Below are positions 1 to 18,097 of a stretch of 64,000 nt of DNA, piece after piece (position 1 is the first letter of the stretch; every line of letters begins with the position of its first letter). Source of the DNA: the human T2T-CHM13v2.0 reference genome, Homo sapiens; NCBI RefSeq assembly GCF_009914755.1, contig NC_060934.1. One strand, 5' to 3'. Under the pieces are notes generated by a model. That model saw nothing but the letters and a program-made list of their open reading frames with translations. It was not told the DNA's origin and did no database searches. The position numbers and the translations under genes were made by a program.

Positions 1-287
1 GATATAGGCATAAAGGTTTTTCATTAGGGAGCATCAAGAGATACATTTGGCTTGTTGCATGGTAACCAGTTCCTTGATGAAGGAAGACAGTTGATCTACT
101 CATGTACAAGGATCTGTTGTGCGCCTCCTCTACTCTATATCACAGTATTCAAAGAAGAAGGAGGAGATGGGGGAGAAGAAGAAGATGAATCCCTGTCCGT
201 CAGCAGTTGGCGCTGAGTAGGAGGCATATTAAAATAGTGCATGAGCTGAGTAAGTGAACCAATAAAGAAAGAAATGTGACAACTCAC

Positions 288-303
288 CCTCATTTGGCTC
301 CAT
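288..303 (-). CDS. Candidate first coding exon segment (MEPNE, phase 1) of an unidentified minus-strand gene running off the left edge
   Basis: Minus strand reads GGAGC ATG GAG CCA AAT GAG G|GTGAGT: Kozak with A at -3 and G at +4, then a consensus U2-type donor. An alternative phase-0 frame from the ATG at 389 (MRVQ...QMR) uses the same donor. No downstream exon is visible. Confidence 0.4.
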
Positions 304-1749
304 GCTCCAAAAAGGGACTCTCTTACAAGCAGAGGGAGAAGCATCCCCTCCGAGGGTGGCTTGACCACACATGCCAGTTGGACTCTCATTGTTGCTGGCT
401 CAGAGAGATGTTTCCTGTGTATTTCAAAGCAACTTTGATCCCAGTAGACTCTCTCTTTTTCTTTTGTCTCCCCTTCTTTATTCTAATTTGAAATATCACT
501 TGATGTGAGCTCTGGAAACAGAACAGTTTTTGAGAAGCTTTTGGCTCAATGTGCTTGAGGAAGAACCACAGGAAATAAGCAACATCTGGTTCTAAGGAAG
601 ACCAAACAGCATGTGTTGGGCTGGGGTGGGCTATCGGTCAAGACTCCTTCAATGGCAGGTGGCGAGAGCCAAGTTCAATGGAGTTTCTGAAACACAGAGC
701 ATGTTCTCAGACATGGAGGAAGGAGTGTGGTCGGGCCTCAGAAGCCACTGATCTCAGGCCCAGCTTCAGCCAGACTCTGTCTGGAAAGTTCTCCTCCATT
801 CTCTCTCTGTTGGCTTCTCTCTTCTCCCACTCAACAGAACAGCTTCCTTCGTGTAGCTGGACCTGGGGATACCTTGTGCTCATCTAACAGCTTCAGCGGC
901 TCAGGGAGAAGGAAACTCCCTGAGAAGGAAACCTGTGCTCTGAGTCCCTGGTATTTGGGAAACTCTGGTGGAAGGATTCTGACTGGCCAGGCTCCAGGCG
1001 GGCACTCTCTCCTGGCTCAATCAACTGTGGCCAGGAAAGACCCTTCTGTGTGAACACAGTGTATGGCATGCTAAGTCTCATTACATATGAATCTCATTTA
1101 TGAATCACAACCACAGAACCATGATGTGGAGGATCAGCCTCAGGAGGGAGCCATTCATGGAAGACAATCCCATGGAAGTCCACTGAGGGTGAAGTGTCCA
1201 CTGGACTTCTCTTCAAAGACAGGCTTTCTCTGTGTCTTCCAGAGAGTCTATAAAACATTTAAACACCAGGAAGAATCGGTAGGAAAGATAAATACGTCTG
1301 CCTGTTGCTAGAATGTCATGTGGACTGGACTGGGTCTTCAGGATTGATCATTCTTGATGTCTAACCACCTTCCCTTAGCTTTTTGGAATAGGACAGGTGG
1401 CCTGAGTGACAGGAGATGGTGGGTATCACCTTCACAATGACCCCTGGGTGGGCCATCTTTCCTTAAAAAAAGCATATTTTCAGGGAGAGGAGGCAGCACC
1501 CAGCATTGCTTGCTTCAGGGAATATGGCTGTACCTGGATTCCAGGCCATGCAGAACATTAGGCACATTAGGCATGGGTAGTCACTTCCATGGGGCGATTA
1601 GGAAATCCTGGGGCAATGTTACAGCTAAATATATCCACCAAAACCTCATAAGGACACATTTATTTCTAAATTTCAATATGGTTCACATATTTCTTGCTAG
1701 GTGCAAGTTTTATGCCAGTTTTCTAGCCTGCAAAAATATAGCAAAATGC

Positions 1750-2705
1750 AAAATATAGCACTTGCAATGGATTTTTTCATACACTGTATTCTCAATTTTT
1801 ATTATATGTCCTTATAATAACCATGTCCCAAACATGGTTCCTATAAATACATAAATGTCTTAACATAGTTTTTAGTGGCAAGCCAATATAAATACATTAC
1901 ATAAAATGTTTTTTGAAAACTGTAATTAAAGATGATAAAATAATATAAGGAGATGCTTCTTCTATTATGTAACTATTAGAACTTGGGAAATAAGCTTTGT
2001 GAAGTGGAATTTCCATATTAATGTAAATATAACTAATGTGCCAAGAGGACCAGTGAAGTTTTCATACCAAACTGATGGAAACCAAAATCTAATCTTCCCC
2101 CCAAATAATGACATCCAAAACAATTACTTTTCTCTGTGAGAATTTTTTGACATGTTAATGGGATCCTTACACTGCATAAGAGAACTTCAAAAAAGAGTTC
2201 AAAGTGACAGCAAACACTAAAGAAATAGCCAGTCAGAAAAACATATGCTATGCCAAATTTTAATAATCAGTTTAGAGAATGACTACTAGAATTTAAGCTC
2301 CACTAGAACAGGAAATAAGGTCCCTGTGCACAAGACATATTTGTCTAATTCCCTGTTGCTATTTCTGTACTTAACACAGTGACTGGAAAATAATAAATAC
2401 TTACTGATTAAACGAATAAATTATTTACTTACTTAAACCTTGCTTTAAGAAGTGACTAACTAGGAATAAGTAGAACTAAAAAATATCTAAGGAATCACAA
2501 TGGATTGTAAACTGCACTTAAGCACAAATTAAAAGTTAAGATGATTCTTAATGAAAAAGAGGAGTCACTTCCATTTATGTTTAATGGTGCCTTAATGGAG
2601 TACTTGAAAATGTGCATAAGGAAATCATTGATTAGCTGTCTTTCATCATCATGGAAAATGGGACAAGAGAAAATGAGTTTAAACATTAATACATATTAGA
2701 GGTAG
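1750..2705 (+). mobile_element. Possible highly decayed hAT DNA transposon fragment with an embedded L2 3' end (~2285-2420)
   Basis: AT-rich sequence with a loose resemblance to hAT-Tip100 internal regions. The L2 tail is clearer (agaatttaagctccactagaacagg...taataaatacttactgattaaacgaataa). Confidence 0.25.
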
Positions 2706-2726
2706 ATATAAACAAATGATTTCTCA

Positions 2727-5380
<2,654 letters not shown>

Positions 5381-5745
5381 TAACTGACAAGCAGAGGAAA
5401 AGGACGAGGGGATGAAGGGTGGAAGACAGGAAGGGAGAAGTGGGAGAAATGGAAAGAATGAAACACAAGAGAAGGAAAAAGAGGGTGCACAGATTCTTTT
5501 TTCTGAGCAGATGATGTTTTGGCTGATTGATACCTGGTCTTGATCATGTATAGGATTCTGAACTTTAGGCAGCAGGGTTTTCAGAGTGCACAATTTGATC
5601 TGCAATGTGTACATAGGCACATTTTCTCCTGTCTTCACAACACTAATTGTAGGGTTTAGATCACTCTCAGTCTGCCTGTAATCATTTATTAACAAACCAA
5701 AGGAATATCACAGGAAAATTTTTCCAATTCATGCTGGGCTGTGAC

Positions 5746-5766
5746 AGACATGTCTGAGACAAGTCC
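5746..5766. promoter_or_regulatory. p53/p63/p73 response element (two perfect half-sites, 1-bp spacer)
   Basis: AGACATGTCT g AGACAAGTCC; both decamers match RRRCWWGYYY exactly. Confidence 0.6.
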
Positions 5767-6108
5767 ATTTACACCAGTGCAGCTTTTGCCCAGCTGTTCA
5801 GACATTCATGATACACTTGGGAGATCACAGCTGTGTTTGTAGAATTTATACTTCAGATTAAAGTAGAATTTAATAGCTATTTAGAGCGTATTTTAGAAGA
5901 CAACCCTTTGGTCTTCTCAAGCATTATACACTTACAGGTTTAGCTGCTATGTACAGAAAGGAGCAGGGCAGCTCTGTCAAAGAGTAAGAGGCAAACAACC
6001 TTTAAACTACTGCTGATCTCCTGGTGTGACCAGATTTCAGTGGGTGGAGACTTATAGGAAGATGTGCACACTTCTCTTCCATTTTCTTTCTATTCTGCAT
6101 TGCAGTGA

Positions 6109-6434
<326 letters not shown>

Positions 6435-6529
6435 GGGAATAACCTTTTCCCTTGACTAAGCGGGGTGTATGGGGGACCCAGAGAAGATAAGAGCCCCCAT
6501 AGATGTGGGTTCCAGTTTCAGGGATGCCA

Positions 6530-6930
6530 GTCATCTGGGCAATTTACTTCACATCTCTAAGCCCCACTTTCCTTACCTATGAGAATTCCAACATTCTTTC
6601 AGAGGTTCTTGAGAGGATTATCTGAAATCATGTAAATGAACAATACAGTTCAATGAATAATGAATGAAACTATTATTACCCTATGAATTCCCTTGCTAAT
6701 AACCTTGGTAACCACTGGCTCTGCTTCTTAAAAATGATGCCCACTTCAGGTGACAATATTTACAGTTCAAATTGGGACCCATCACATGCATTTGAACTTG
6801 ACCACCATAACAATTCTGAGGAACAGAATGAGCAGGTGAAAGAGATGACCAGAGGGGTTAAATAACCTCAAGGTCATCCAGCTGGGAAGTAGGAAAGTGA
6901 AGATTTGAACCTGAATCATTCTGGTACCAC
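6530..6930. mobile_element. Two MIR fragments in opposite orientation
   Basis: ctgggcaatttacttcacatctctaagcccc (+) and aaataacctcaaggtcatccagctgggaagt...gatttgaacc (-). Confidence 0.65.
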
Positions 6931-9900
6931 ATTTATGAATGTTCTCACTTGTGTACTATCAGGAGCAGTTGGAATTGTTCCTTATACTGAGTGGGAATTG
7001 GCCATTCATTGACATTAACCCCTTTCTTTGAAGCTTGACAGTCTTTCAAGCTTTTGAAAAAACAGCTACTCTGCCCTGCAATGCCCCCCTGACCTGCTGC
7101 TCAACGGTTTGAAGCTAAGACTCAATTACCCCACTTGCAGGTCAAATGCTAAGTGTCTTCCAGGCACCAGCATCCGTAAAGACATGAGTGTCCCAGGTCA
7201 TTGGCAAAAGTCCCAGCCAAGGGCATTGGAAACTTCGGGTGGCCTTGTGTGGGTGGTGGAGGATACTGGATGCTTAGATCTCTCAGAAGGCCTTGCCACA
7301 AAGCCCTTTGTGACAGCTTGTCTTATACACATTAGGCTTAGTTAGTCATCTTTGCAAGCTTCTAGGAGGCTGGCCAATGTGACGATTGGAGTAATCACCT
7401 GATAAAAAAGTGTTCAAGGCCCATTTCCCTTGGCCAGACTGCTCCTGTTCTTAGGGCAGGCTATGCATTCCCACTTGATTAAATCAACAATGTGCATTTC
7501 ATTCACATACAATAGTTTTCATGAACTGAAAACTGCATCCAAGGCTGCCAGTTTCATTTTCCTGTAAATTTGCTGTGCAGCCCTCAGTTAGGTGACCCCA
7601 ATCCTTCATCTGTATGGGCCTGGAGGGCTGTGCATCTTGGAGGCAGCAGGGAAGGGCAAGGGAGTTTTGCCATACTAATTGGTAAAGATCATCCCAAATG
7701 CAATGCCAGTTAGAACAACATACCCTTGGAAATAAAACTCTGAACACAAAATAACACAATTCAAATCCCAGGGAGAGTAAGAAGGCACAGGTTCTGGATG
7801 AGGAGGGAAAAATACAGACTCTGACAAATTACTTTGTGCTGCTCTGTGTCTCCCCCTGGGCCAAGAGGTCAGAGTATCTACTGGGTAGAGACATTGGCTT
7901 TGAGTACATCTGTGTGGGCTTAGGATCCAATTCCCAGATGGAGACAGTCCAGATGGTGCCAGCAGCACATGAGTGGGAGGGTTCAGTCCCTTGGAGAAGG
8001 AGTAAAATCATATTCCCAGATGGAGAGGTCAAGGCTGTGGATATTTTTGGTGCCTTTCAGTAGGAGGACAACGTTATTCCCACACCTGATTGGCAATCTC
8101 TTTTGGCGTAATGGAATTTACATGTTGGCAAGGATGTTGTCACGTGACTCTGTTACAGAAATAAACCTCGGGGTGCTCTGCTTGTCTGTGACGTATGACT
8201 CCCTTCCCTGCAGGCAGACTTCCTTGTCTGCAGGGAGTGAGTGAGAAAAGCACTCGTTGGATAATTTTAGAGAAGAGAGCTGAATATGACTTCCTTTCTC
8301 CTCTTTGATAGAACACAGGAAAGAGGAACTGTTAACCTGTTAAAAGCGCATCTTATCCGTATAGCTCAAGTCAACTTGTAAACCAATCAACAGAAGCGTG
8401 TTCCCAGCCAAGCAGTGCTGTTTACCATTTCTATAAACCTTAGCAAAGAGGCTAGCAATAGAAAATATAACAAAGATTGAAATTTCGCATCATGTACTTT
8501 ATGTAATTTCCTGGAGGTAGAAACTTACTCAGGAACTCTTAAAAACTCTGTTTCCCATTGGAATTCCAAATCCTGTTGGAAGTTGCAAATATTGCTGGAA
8601 TTTTAAGCATATTAGTGAGAAATACCTAAAGTCCATCCTCTTAAACATTTGATAAAATGAATCAGAAGTAAAGTGTGCATAATATCTTTTCTTAATGAAA
8701 ACACTGCCACCAACTGGTTAATAAATGGTTTCGTCTACTTTTTTATTGACTAGAATAAGCAGTCTTTTTTCCTTCATTTAAAAAGGGATCCCAATTTCTA
8801 TTAAAAGTAATTGTTTTCTCTTTTCATAAAAATTAATAGCACCTCATAACTGCTTGTCATTCTTCAGTCGTTAGCAGAGTAAAGATGACCTGAAAAAAGC
8901 ATATGCTTGCCATTCCCTAAGCAACAGTGGGCAGCGCTTTAGAGGGCACACCGATGGTTTCCAGGGGGATGTGTTGAATTTCACAATTTCAGTCTAGTGA
9001 ATCACACAGCCCAGTTCATTAAGCTAATGGGACAGTTGTCCTTGTTTTTATAAAAGTAGGAAGAGCCCAGCTTATAGAGTCGATGACCACAGAAAATACC
9101 TTTTAGCAGCCTAAAGATACCCGCATGCTGGGTGGGTAAGTCCTTTGGTCCTTATTGAAAAGGAGTCCAGCTCTCTCTCTGCTTTTGTACTGGATATGCT
9201 CCAGAGGACTTATGTTGACTTTAGAACTTTAAGTGACCTAAGCTGTCTTGAAGTGTTAAGGCACAAAGAAAAAAAAATAAAACAGAAAAAGAAAAGGGAA
9301 GAATCAAAACAGCTACATCGGACGAACATAAAATGAACTCAGGGCTTCCACCTGATCAGATTTTGTAAAATCTGAACCATTGTCTGGACACTGACATGCA
9401 TTCATCCAGGTCAAGTGTGGCAGGAGCCAAGCTGGTGTGCCTGTCACTTTGCTGGGAAGCATCCCTCACTGAGGAGGGAGGGAGCTGTGAGAGGAGCTCT
9501 TGTTCATGGGGAGCACAATCATGATGTTTACGCCAGGCTCAGTTCCAGGCGCTGCCTCAAGAGGTCTGAGCTGTACCTTCAAGGTCAGCAGGTGAGGTCT
9601 CCAGGGGTGGGCGTGGGAAACGTCCCAGAAAGTACCCACTGAATGTGGTGCCCCAGGTGAAGTCAGGTTCAAAGAAGAACCAAGAACAGATCTTGGGGTG
9701 GAGATCACTATGGGCTTGGGGTCAAAGGAGCATGAACTGGGCCAGAAGCCCCTCTCAGCCATGAAGACAGTGGAATAGGGAGAGGTGACCCACATTCGAG
9801 AATCTAGCCACGGAATAGTCTTGGCTTTGTTTCCTTGAAGTTTGGTTTTATTTTTAGTCACCCATGTCTGGAGTAGCAATTCCTGAGCTGTTACTGACTA

Positions 9901-10377
9901 TGCTCATTCAGCAGGATGTTGGTGGGTGGGGTCCAATCATTCCAAGATCTGCCGAATTACACAAAGCTGAACAATGTGTTGTGGCCCGCACACTTATTCC
10001 ACTATGAAGTTCCTTTTAACAGAGCATGGTGTGGTACTTGTGCCGAGGAACAGGCACCAAGAGACTGGCAGCGCCTACTGCCTCCCACCCACTGGGTCCC
10101 CTCCACCTCACCCCAGTACCAGCGGGATGGGCCCTGAAGGCCAGGGCCGGGTAACCGCACCGAAGTTCCAGGAATCTGCTTTCACTGAGGCACATCGAAA
10201 GCCTTGTAAGGAAGATTACCTCACTCACCTCCAGCCTGGGGGTAGGTGACCCCAGCACCACTGTGGGGTTGGGAAATGGGCTGATATTCAAACTGACGTG
10301 TTCCTGCTCCTTCCACACCACACAGTGCAACAGAAGGGCACGGAGTCTGCACAGTGACCCCAGGCCTGCTGGAGACC

Positions 10378-10485
10378 TTGGCCATCTCACTTGTCTTCTC
10401 TGAACCTCAGTTATCTCACATGGAAAATGAGGGCTTTGGGCTAGAATGATATCTTGAGGACCTTAGCTGTTCTCACATTCTGAGG
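10378..10485 (+). mobile_element. MIR fragment
   Basis: accttggccatctcacttgtcttctctgaacctcagttatctcacatggaaaatgagg (MIR core). Confidence 0.7.
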
Positions 10486-11179
10486 TTCCCCCAACCACGA
10501 CTGTGTGTGGCTGTGTGGTACACACTCATCCACACACAGGGTGCTCACTACAGTAAGAGCTTGGTACGGGGAAGCGTGTAGCTGCGTGGTCATATCAAGT
10601 GAATTTTCCTGCTAAAATTTGATTCCAGTTGTTTCAATGGAACACAGTCAGATAGAGGCAGTGGCAGAGTGGAGAGAAAGAGAAAGAGAGAGAGGCGGCA
10701 TTCACTTTCACTAGAGTCCCTTTTCTTCCAACGAATGAGGAAAATGGTAAGGACTCCCTGAATAAAAATATTCATTTATCAAAATGGCATTAATTAGAAA
10801 GGGGGAGGGATCATTAAGAATTTAAAATATGAAGATAAAAAGCTCTCAAAGGTTCCTAAGCACCAACATTAAGCTGTAACATCATTTATTAACTACAAGA
10901 TTTTGTAGGACTCTTTACAGTTAATATTTAACTCAGTTGAGTTCACAGGCATAAAAGTATTTATGCAGCACAATTACATTATTTCAGGGCAAGTGTCCAG
11001 TTTAGGATATTCGAAATGCCTGGCACCACTGGAATTCTGCAGCAGTTAATGTTCAAATAAGGTGCAAAGCAAACGTGTGGACTGGTAAGAGTTTCCCACA
11101 GGCTTTCAGATGATCCTGAGAAATAAAGCATAGAGAAATATTTGTATTAAAAAAGTCCATTCAAAAATATGCATTTTGA

Positions 11180-11410
11180 TGGCACAGTGGGGTGAGTGTA
11201 GTCAATAATAATTGTATATTTTAAAATAGCTGAAAGAGTGTAATTGGGTTGTTTGTAACTCAAAGGATAAATGCCCGAGGGGACGGATACCCCATTCTCC
11301 ATGACGTGCTTATTTCACATTGCATGCCTGCATCCAGACATCTCATGTACCCCATAAATATATGCACCACAAGGTACCCACAAAAATTAAAAATTAAAAA
11401 AAGAAAAAAC
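11180..11410 (+). mobile_element. L1MA (L1MA2/3-like) 3' end
   Basis: aaggataaatgcccgaggggacggataccccattctccatgacgtg...gtacccacaaaaattaaaaattaaaaaa. Confidence 0.85.
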
Positions 11411-11929
11411 TCAATACCATTCAATATGAAATTACTCTGTGAAATATGTGAAAGACCTGTCTGTACACAATAACAATCAATGTTCAAGAAGACATAATAA
11501 AGAAAAAAAATTGTCGTTAAAAAATAAAATATGGCTTGGTAAGTTTTTTAAAGGACAATTTGCTTGAAACATTCTTGCTTGCCTACTGGGATTTTTGCCA
11601 CCCTTTTCTCTTAACACCATGTCAGCCTGACACTTTAATAATATCCAGACCTCATAGGATTCATGGTACTGGTTTTAGCAAGAGACGCCCTCAGTTACTC
11701 GACCCTCCCAGCTACCCCGCTGGCATCCCAGGTCTTCCCCGGCCACAGGCCCCTGGCTCTCCCTGTGGATTCTCCCAGACGTGTGACATTGACCTCCTTA
11801 ACGCTGCTCAGCATCAGCCTGACTACTGCAGCTTCTCTACTCGAGTCATCAAATCCTCCATTAAGAGGAATCTCCCAAAGCAAACACACCCAAACACTTC
11901 CCTGAAGAGCAGTTTCCCCAAATTGGATG

Positions 11930-12250
11930 CTCTTGGCCTCGCTGCAGCATCTCATGACCTCGGCTTTCGGGCTCCAAGCCTGAGAAAAGCCGAAGCATCC
12001 TCTCACTGTGCGTCCTGTGGCCGGGGTCCCTGCACAGCCCTCCCTTCCGGGCGGTGAAATGACCTCAGCCGAGCAAAAGGACTTTTCTGAAATCTGAGAC
12101 CCACGGGGCTCCACTGGATGACCTAGTCTTGATCTGCAGAGACCGAGAACCAGGCGCCCAGGGTTCCCCACCCCAACACACCCTGCAGCAGAGCCTGTCT
12201 GGAGACGCAAGGGGCCGCCAAGAAAACGCTGGAAAACGGGGCAACGATTT
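11930..12250. promoter_or_regulatory. CpG-enriched non-repeat segment, candidate promoter/enhancer
   Basis: About 17 CpGs in ~310 bp (counted by eye). Overlapping ETS and GC box (CTTCCGGGCGG) and several TGACCT half-sites. Confidence 0.4.
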
Positions 12251-12765
12251 TTTTTTTCTATTTCATCTGCTTTGAAGATTTAATTTTACTATGTTTTTAA
12301 ATTCTAAGGGTGATACCCAATTAGAAAATGCTATCATTTTATTAAAGCATATTTGAAAATGTCTTCTTAATGAAGAGGAAGAGAACAACTCAGTGTAAGC
12401 CAGAGGTTTTGACATAATAAGGTAAATAACTGTGAATCAATGAATCCATCGAGGATTTGTTGAACTCGTAGAATGTCCCTATGGTCTCACCCATGTTGTC
12501 GTCTTACTTACAGAGACTTGTTTTCAGAAATTCTTCTATATACACTGTTTCCTTTCTAATGCACTGCATTGCTAAACTCAAAAGCATTTTCACATGTTGA
12601 TGTGGCAAAAGTAAAATAAAAAAATATACTCAGCATAGAAAATTGGGAAATAGAGCAAAGTATAAACAAAAAATAAATCCCATCACCAGAGACAACCTCT
12701 TTTAACTTTTTAGTGGATTTTCTCCTAGATTTTCTCTCCATGTATTAAAAAATACGTTTTTAGAG

Positions 12766-15250
<2,485 letters not shown>

Positions 15251-16003
15251 TGCTTTATAAACAAAAGAATATGAAAACAAAGATTGTAGAAGGAGTGATG
15301 TAGATTCAAAATTATTTGATTTCATGGTACCTTACATGTGAAACCACTGAAAATGGACAATTCTAATTCATGAAGACTACAGATGCAAGACTAAAAGCTA
15401 GATAATCCACTATTCTTAGCTGTCCATTTGCTTGATGAGAGTTTGGATTAAAAGGGTATTTAATTGCCAGTCCTTTAGTACCTAGAATTTAATGTTATAT
15501 AACAAAAATTAATAAGCCTTTATATATTTCTTGACCCTTCCAAAATATTTATGCTACTCTTCTGGTTTTTATAGATGAAAAGAAAGTTAATGTATAGAAA
15601 GTACTCATTTTCCAGAAGAACTGTTAGACTTTAAGGAAAATTTTATACCCACAGGACCTCTTTGCATTTCACCACACACCTTAGGAAATACCAGTTCATT
15701 CCCTCCACCACAAGGGATAATTGGATGGAAACATTTTTAACTCCTTTTGATTTTTTTCCAGTTTTTAAAATGTTTTTTCCAGTTTTGGTTTTGTTTTCTC
15801 CCACCAATTTCCTATTGCCACCCAATAGCAGTGAATCCTATATTCTAATTTGGTGTTTAGGCTTCCTTTAACATGAAAAATAATACTTTAAATATACCAT
15901 AAAGAAAAATAGGAACCAAAGGTTTCCTTTATGCTTCATTGTTTAGCAGATGAAATGCTGTAGCAGTGAGTCTACCAATTTCAAAAACCTAGGCTCAATT
16001 GGA

Positions 16004-16128
16004 TTTTTTTTGTAGAGACGGGGTTTTGCCATGTTGCCCAGGCTGGTCTTGAACTCCTGGGCTCAAGCTATGCCCACCTTGGCCTCCCAAAGTGTTGGGA
16101 TTACAGGTGTGAGCCGCTGCACCCAGCC
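16004..16128 (-). mobile_element. FLAM_C / free left Alu monomer
   Basis: Single left monomer with T tail; degenerate TSD taggctcaattgga / taggctgaactgga. Confidence 0.85.
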
Positions 16129-16759
16129 TAGGCTGAACTGGAAGAAGCTATCTATGAGATTCTATAACCTGGTCCCTTCTCTTCCCTGACTTCTTAGCTC
16201 AGTATTTCAGAAATCCAGGCTGGCATCAGTATTTTTTACTTTTCTACCACCCATGTGAGTGTGATTGCCCATGAGAGGGAACTGCAATGCTGCCCAAGAT
16301 GCTGCACAGTGCAAAGTGTCCCAGCTTCCACACGTGCGGATCTCAATGACTGCATCTTCTGAGTGGGGGCCAAGTGTTTGTATGTATGGCAGACTGAAGA
16401 GGTCTGTCACCCTCTCTGTGTTCATCCATTCCATAATATTTACAAGCCCATGACATGGCTAAGGAAAGGGATAAAACAGGAAATAAGAGAGCCACACCTC
16501 ATTCTCCTGGAGCTCAGGGCCTGGGGTGGGGAAGACTGGCAACCACACCTGCTACAAGCCACATAATAGGGAATCTGCAGACCTCAAGAGACATGGGAGA
16601 GAACTCCTGGTCAGTCCTTCACACTGCCAGCAAGACTATTTCTTGGTGAGGAAAGACGATTGATGATTTACTTTATTTTGCTGCCAATGCAGTAAATCTC
16701 ATCACATGTAAATGAGTGAGAGTCCCCAGTGATTAATCGTCCCCATGACAAATTGTCTT

Positions 16760-16950
16760 CATCCGGTTCCCAAGCTCATCTTCATTTCAGCAATCTTGTC
16801 ATCTGCAATAAACATATTCCATTTCGCCTTGCAATTGTTGATTAAGAATGTTAAACATCTGTTAAAATAAACCAAATCTGTGAGCCATTCTTTATTGTTA
16901 GGATGAACAATGAATTCATTTCCCTTATCCAAGTGGTGCCTATTATTTTT
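16760..16950 (-). mobile_element. hAT-Charlie/Buster-type transposase fossil
   Basis: With small frameshifts the minus strand gives KEWLTDLVYLTDV(F)NILNQQLQG...DKIAEMKMSL, matching the WLxxLAYLxDIFxxLNxxxxxLQG...DKIxxFxxKL motif of Charlie/SPIN transposases. Confidence 0.55.
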
Positions 16951-17139
16951 CCTCCTTGAAAAAAAAACACAATCCAACCATGAATTGGAAAACACTGACC
17001 AGTCCAAGTCAGCTAATATCTACAGAGCAGGACAAACATTCAAGGCCACTTCCCATTTTATTAAAAATTGACCAAAAATAAATAAAACCTACCACCTATT
17101 TTATTAAGTGTATTTTTTTTTACCACCTCCATTTAATGC

Positions 17140-17560
17140 AGCATTGGTTAGGAGTAATTTCAGCCTGAAATAAAAGAAACTGACTAACATAGCTTAGTTC
17201 GAGATGTATTTAACCCACAGCACAAGGAGTTGGCCATCTAGGGCTGATGCAGGGGACTCCAGGAACCAGGCTCTCTCCATTCTTCTGTTTTTGCTTTCCA
17301 CTGTGCTCATGGCAGACCTCATTGTCATGCTTGCCATCTCTTGTCACAACATGACCTCCATACCAAGCAGGAGGGAAAAGGAGGGAAAAAAAGGGAAGGC
17401 AGAAAGGTGAAGGTGCATCACATCAGCCATTTCTAGCTGCAAGGGACTCTGGCAATGTGGATATTTTATCTGGGCTGTCTGTGCCTAAGGTGCCATCAGG
17501 ATTCTATTAGTGAGGAAAATGGGCAGAAGAGATGTTGGCTATGCAACTAGCAGACTCTGC
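17140..17560 (-). mobile_element. Old MaLR LTR (MLT1K/L-like)
   Basis: agaaactgactaacatagctta...agggactccaggaaccaggctc...tagctgcaagggactctggcaatgtgg pattern. Confidence 0.55.
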
Positions 17561-17639
17561 CATAAACACACAGAAATCAACAGACAAAGGTCTTGCAGGT
17601 GAGGTGTGCTTAATATGCTTAGAGTGTGCAATGGGTTGG

Positions 17640-18097
17640 AGCAGCTGCATCAGCATCACCCACAGCCACTGCTCCTAACAATTTTCATGCATACCTGCTT
17701 TCACTCCTGAAAGGAAGCACCTATGTCTCTTTGTTGAAAGATTGCCTCAGGCTGCTGTAGCACCTTGTTTATATACAGGAGAGAAGACAAGTGTCTGGGA
17801 ATTTACATGCCCTCAGGATCCGCCCTTAACCAATAGTGTAAATGCCTCCATTCTCTTTACACTAACTGGAATATTTCTGACATGTGAGTTACATATCTCT
17901 ACAGTGTCCTGGGATGGAGGTGGGGGTGTGGGTTTAAACCAAAGTTTCACTGCTCAAGCCTCAGACTGGCATTGCCTTTTCTTGGCTTCCTTTCCTTCCT
18001 GGTACCACTTCCCCATTCCTCTACCAGTTTTTCCTGGGATCACTTCCTGATAAACAACTTCCACAAACATCATCTCAGGGGATGTTTCTCAGGAACA
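17640..18097 (+). mobile_element. ERVL LTR16-like element
   Basis: cccttaaccaatag...cacttccccattcctctaccagtttttcctgggatcacttcctgataaac...ctcaggggatgtttctcaggaac. Confidence 0.6.

Noticed and set aside
135-287. C-terminal part of the 84-aa ORF (Ser/Pro-rich tail)
   Set aside because: It reads through a consensus donor into probable intron; the tail is only the antisense of a GA-rich tract.
11536-12210. Overlapping 173-aa and 171-aa ORFs on opposite strands
   Set aside because: Non-ATG starts and no homology I recognise; explained by stop-codon scarcity in GC-rich DNA.
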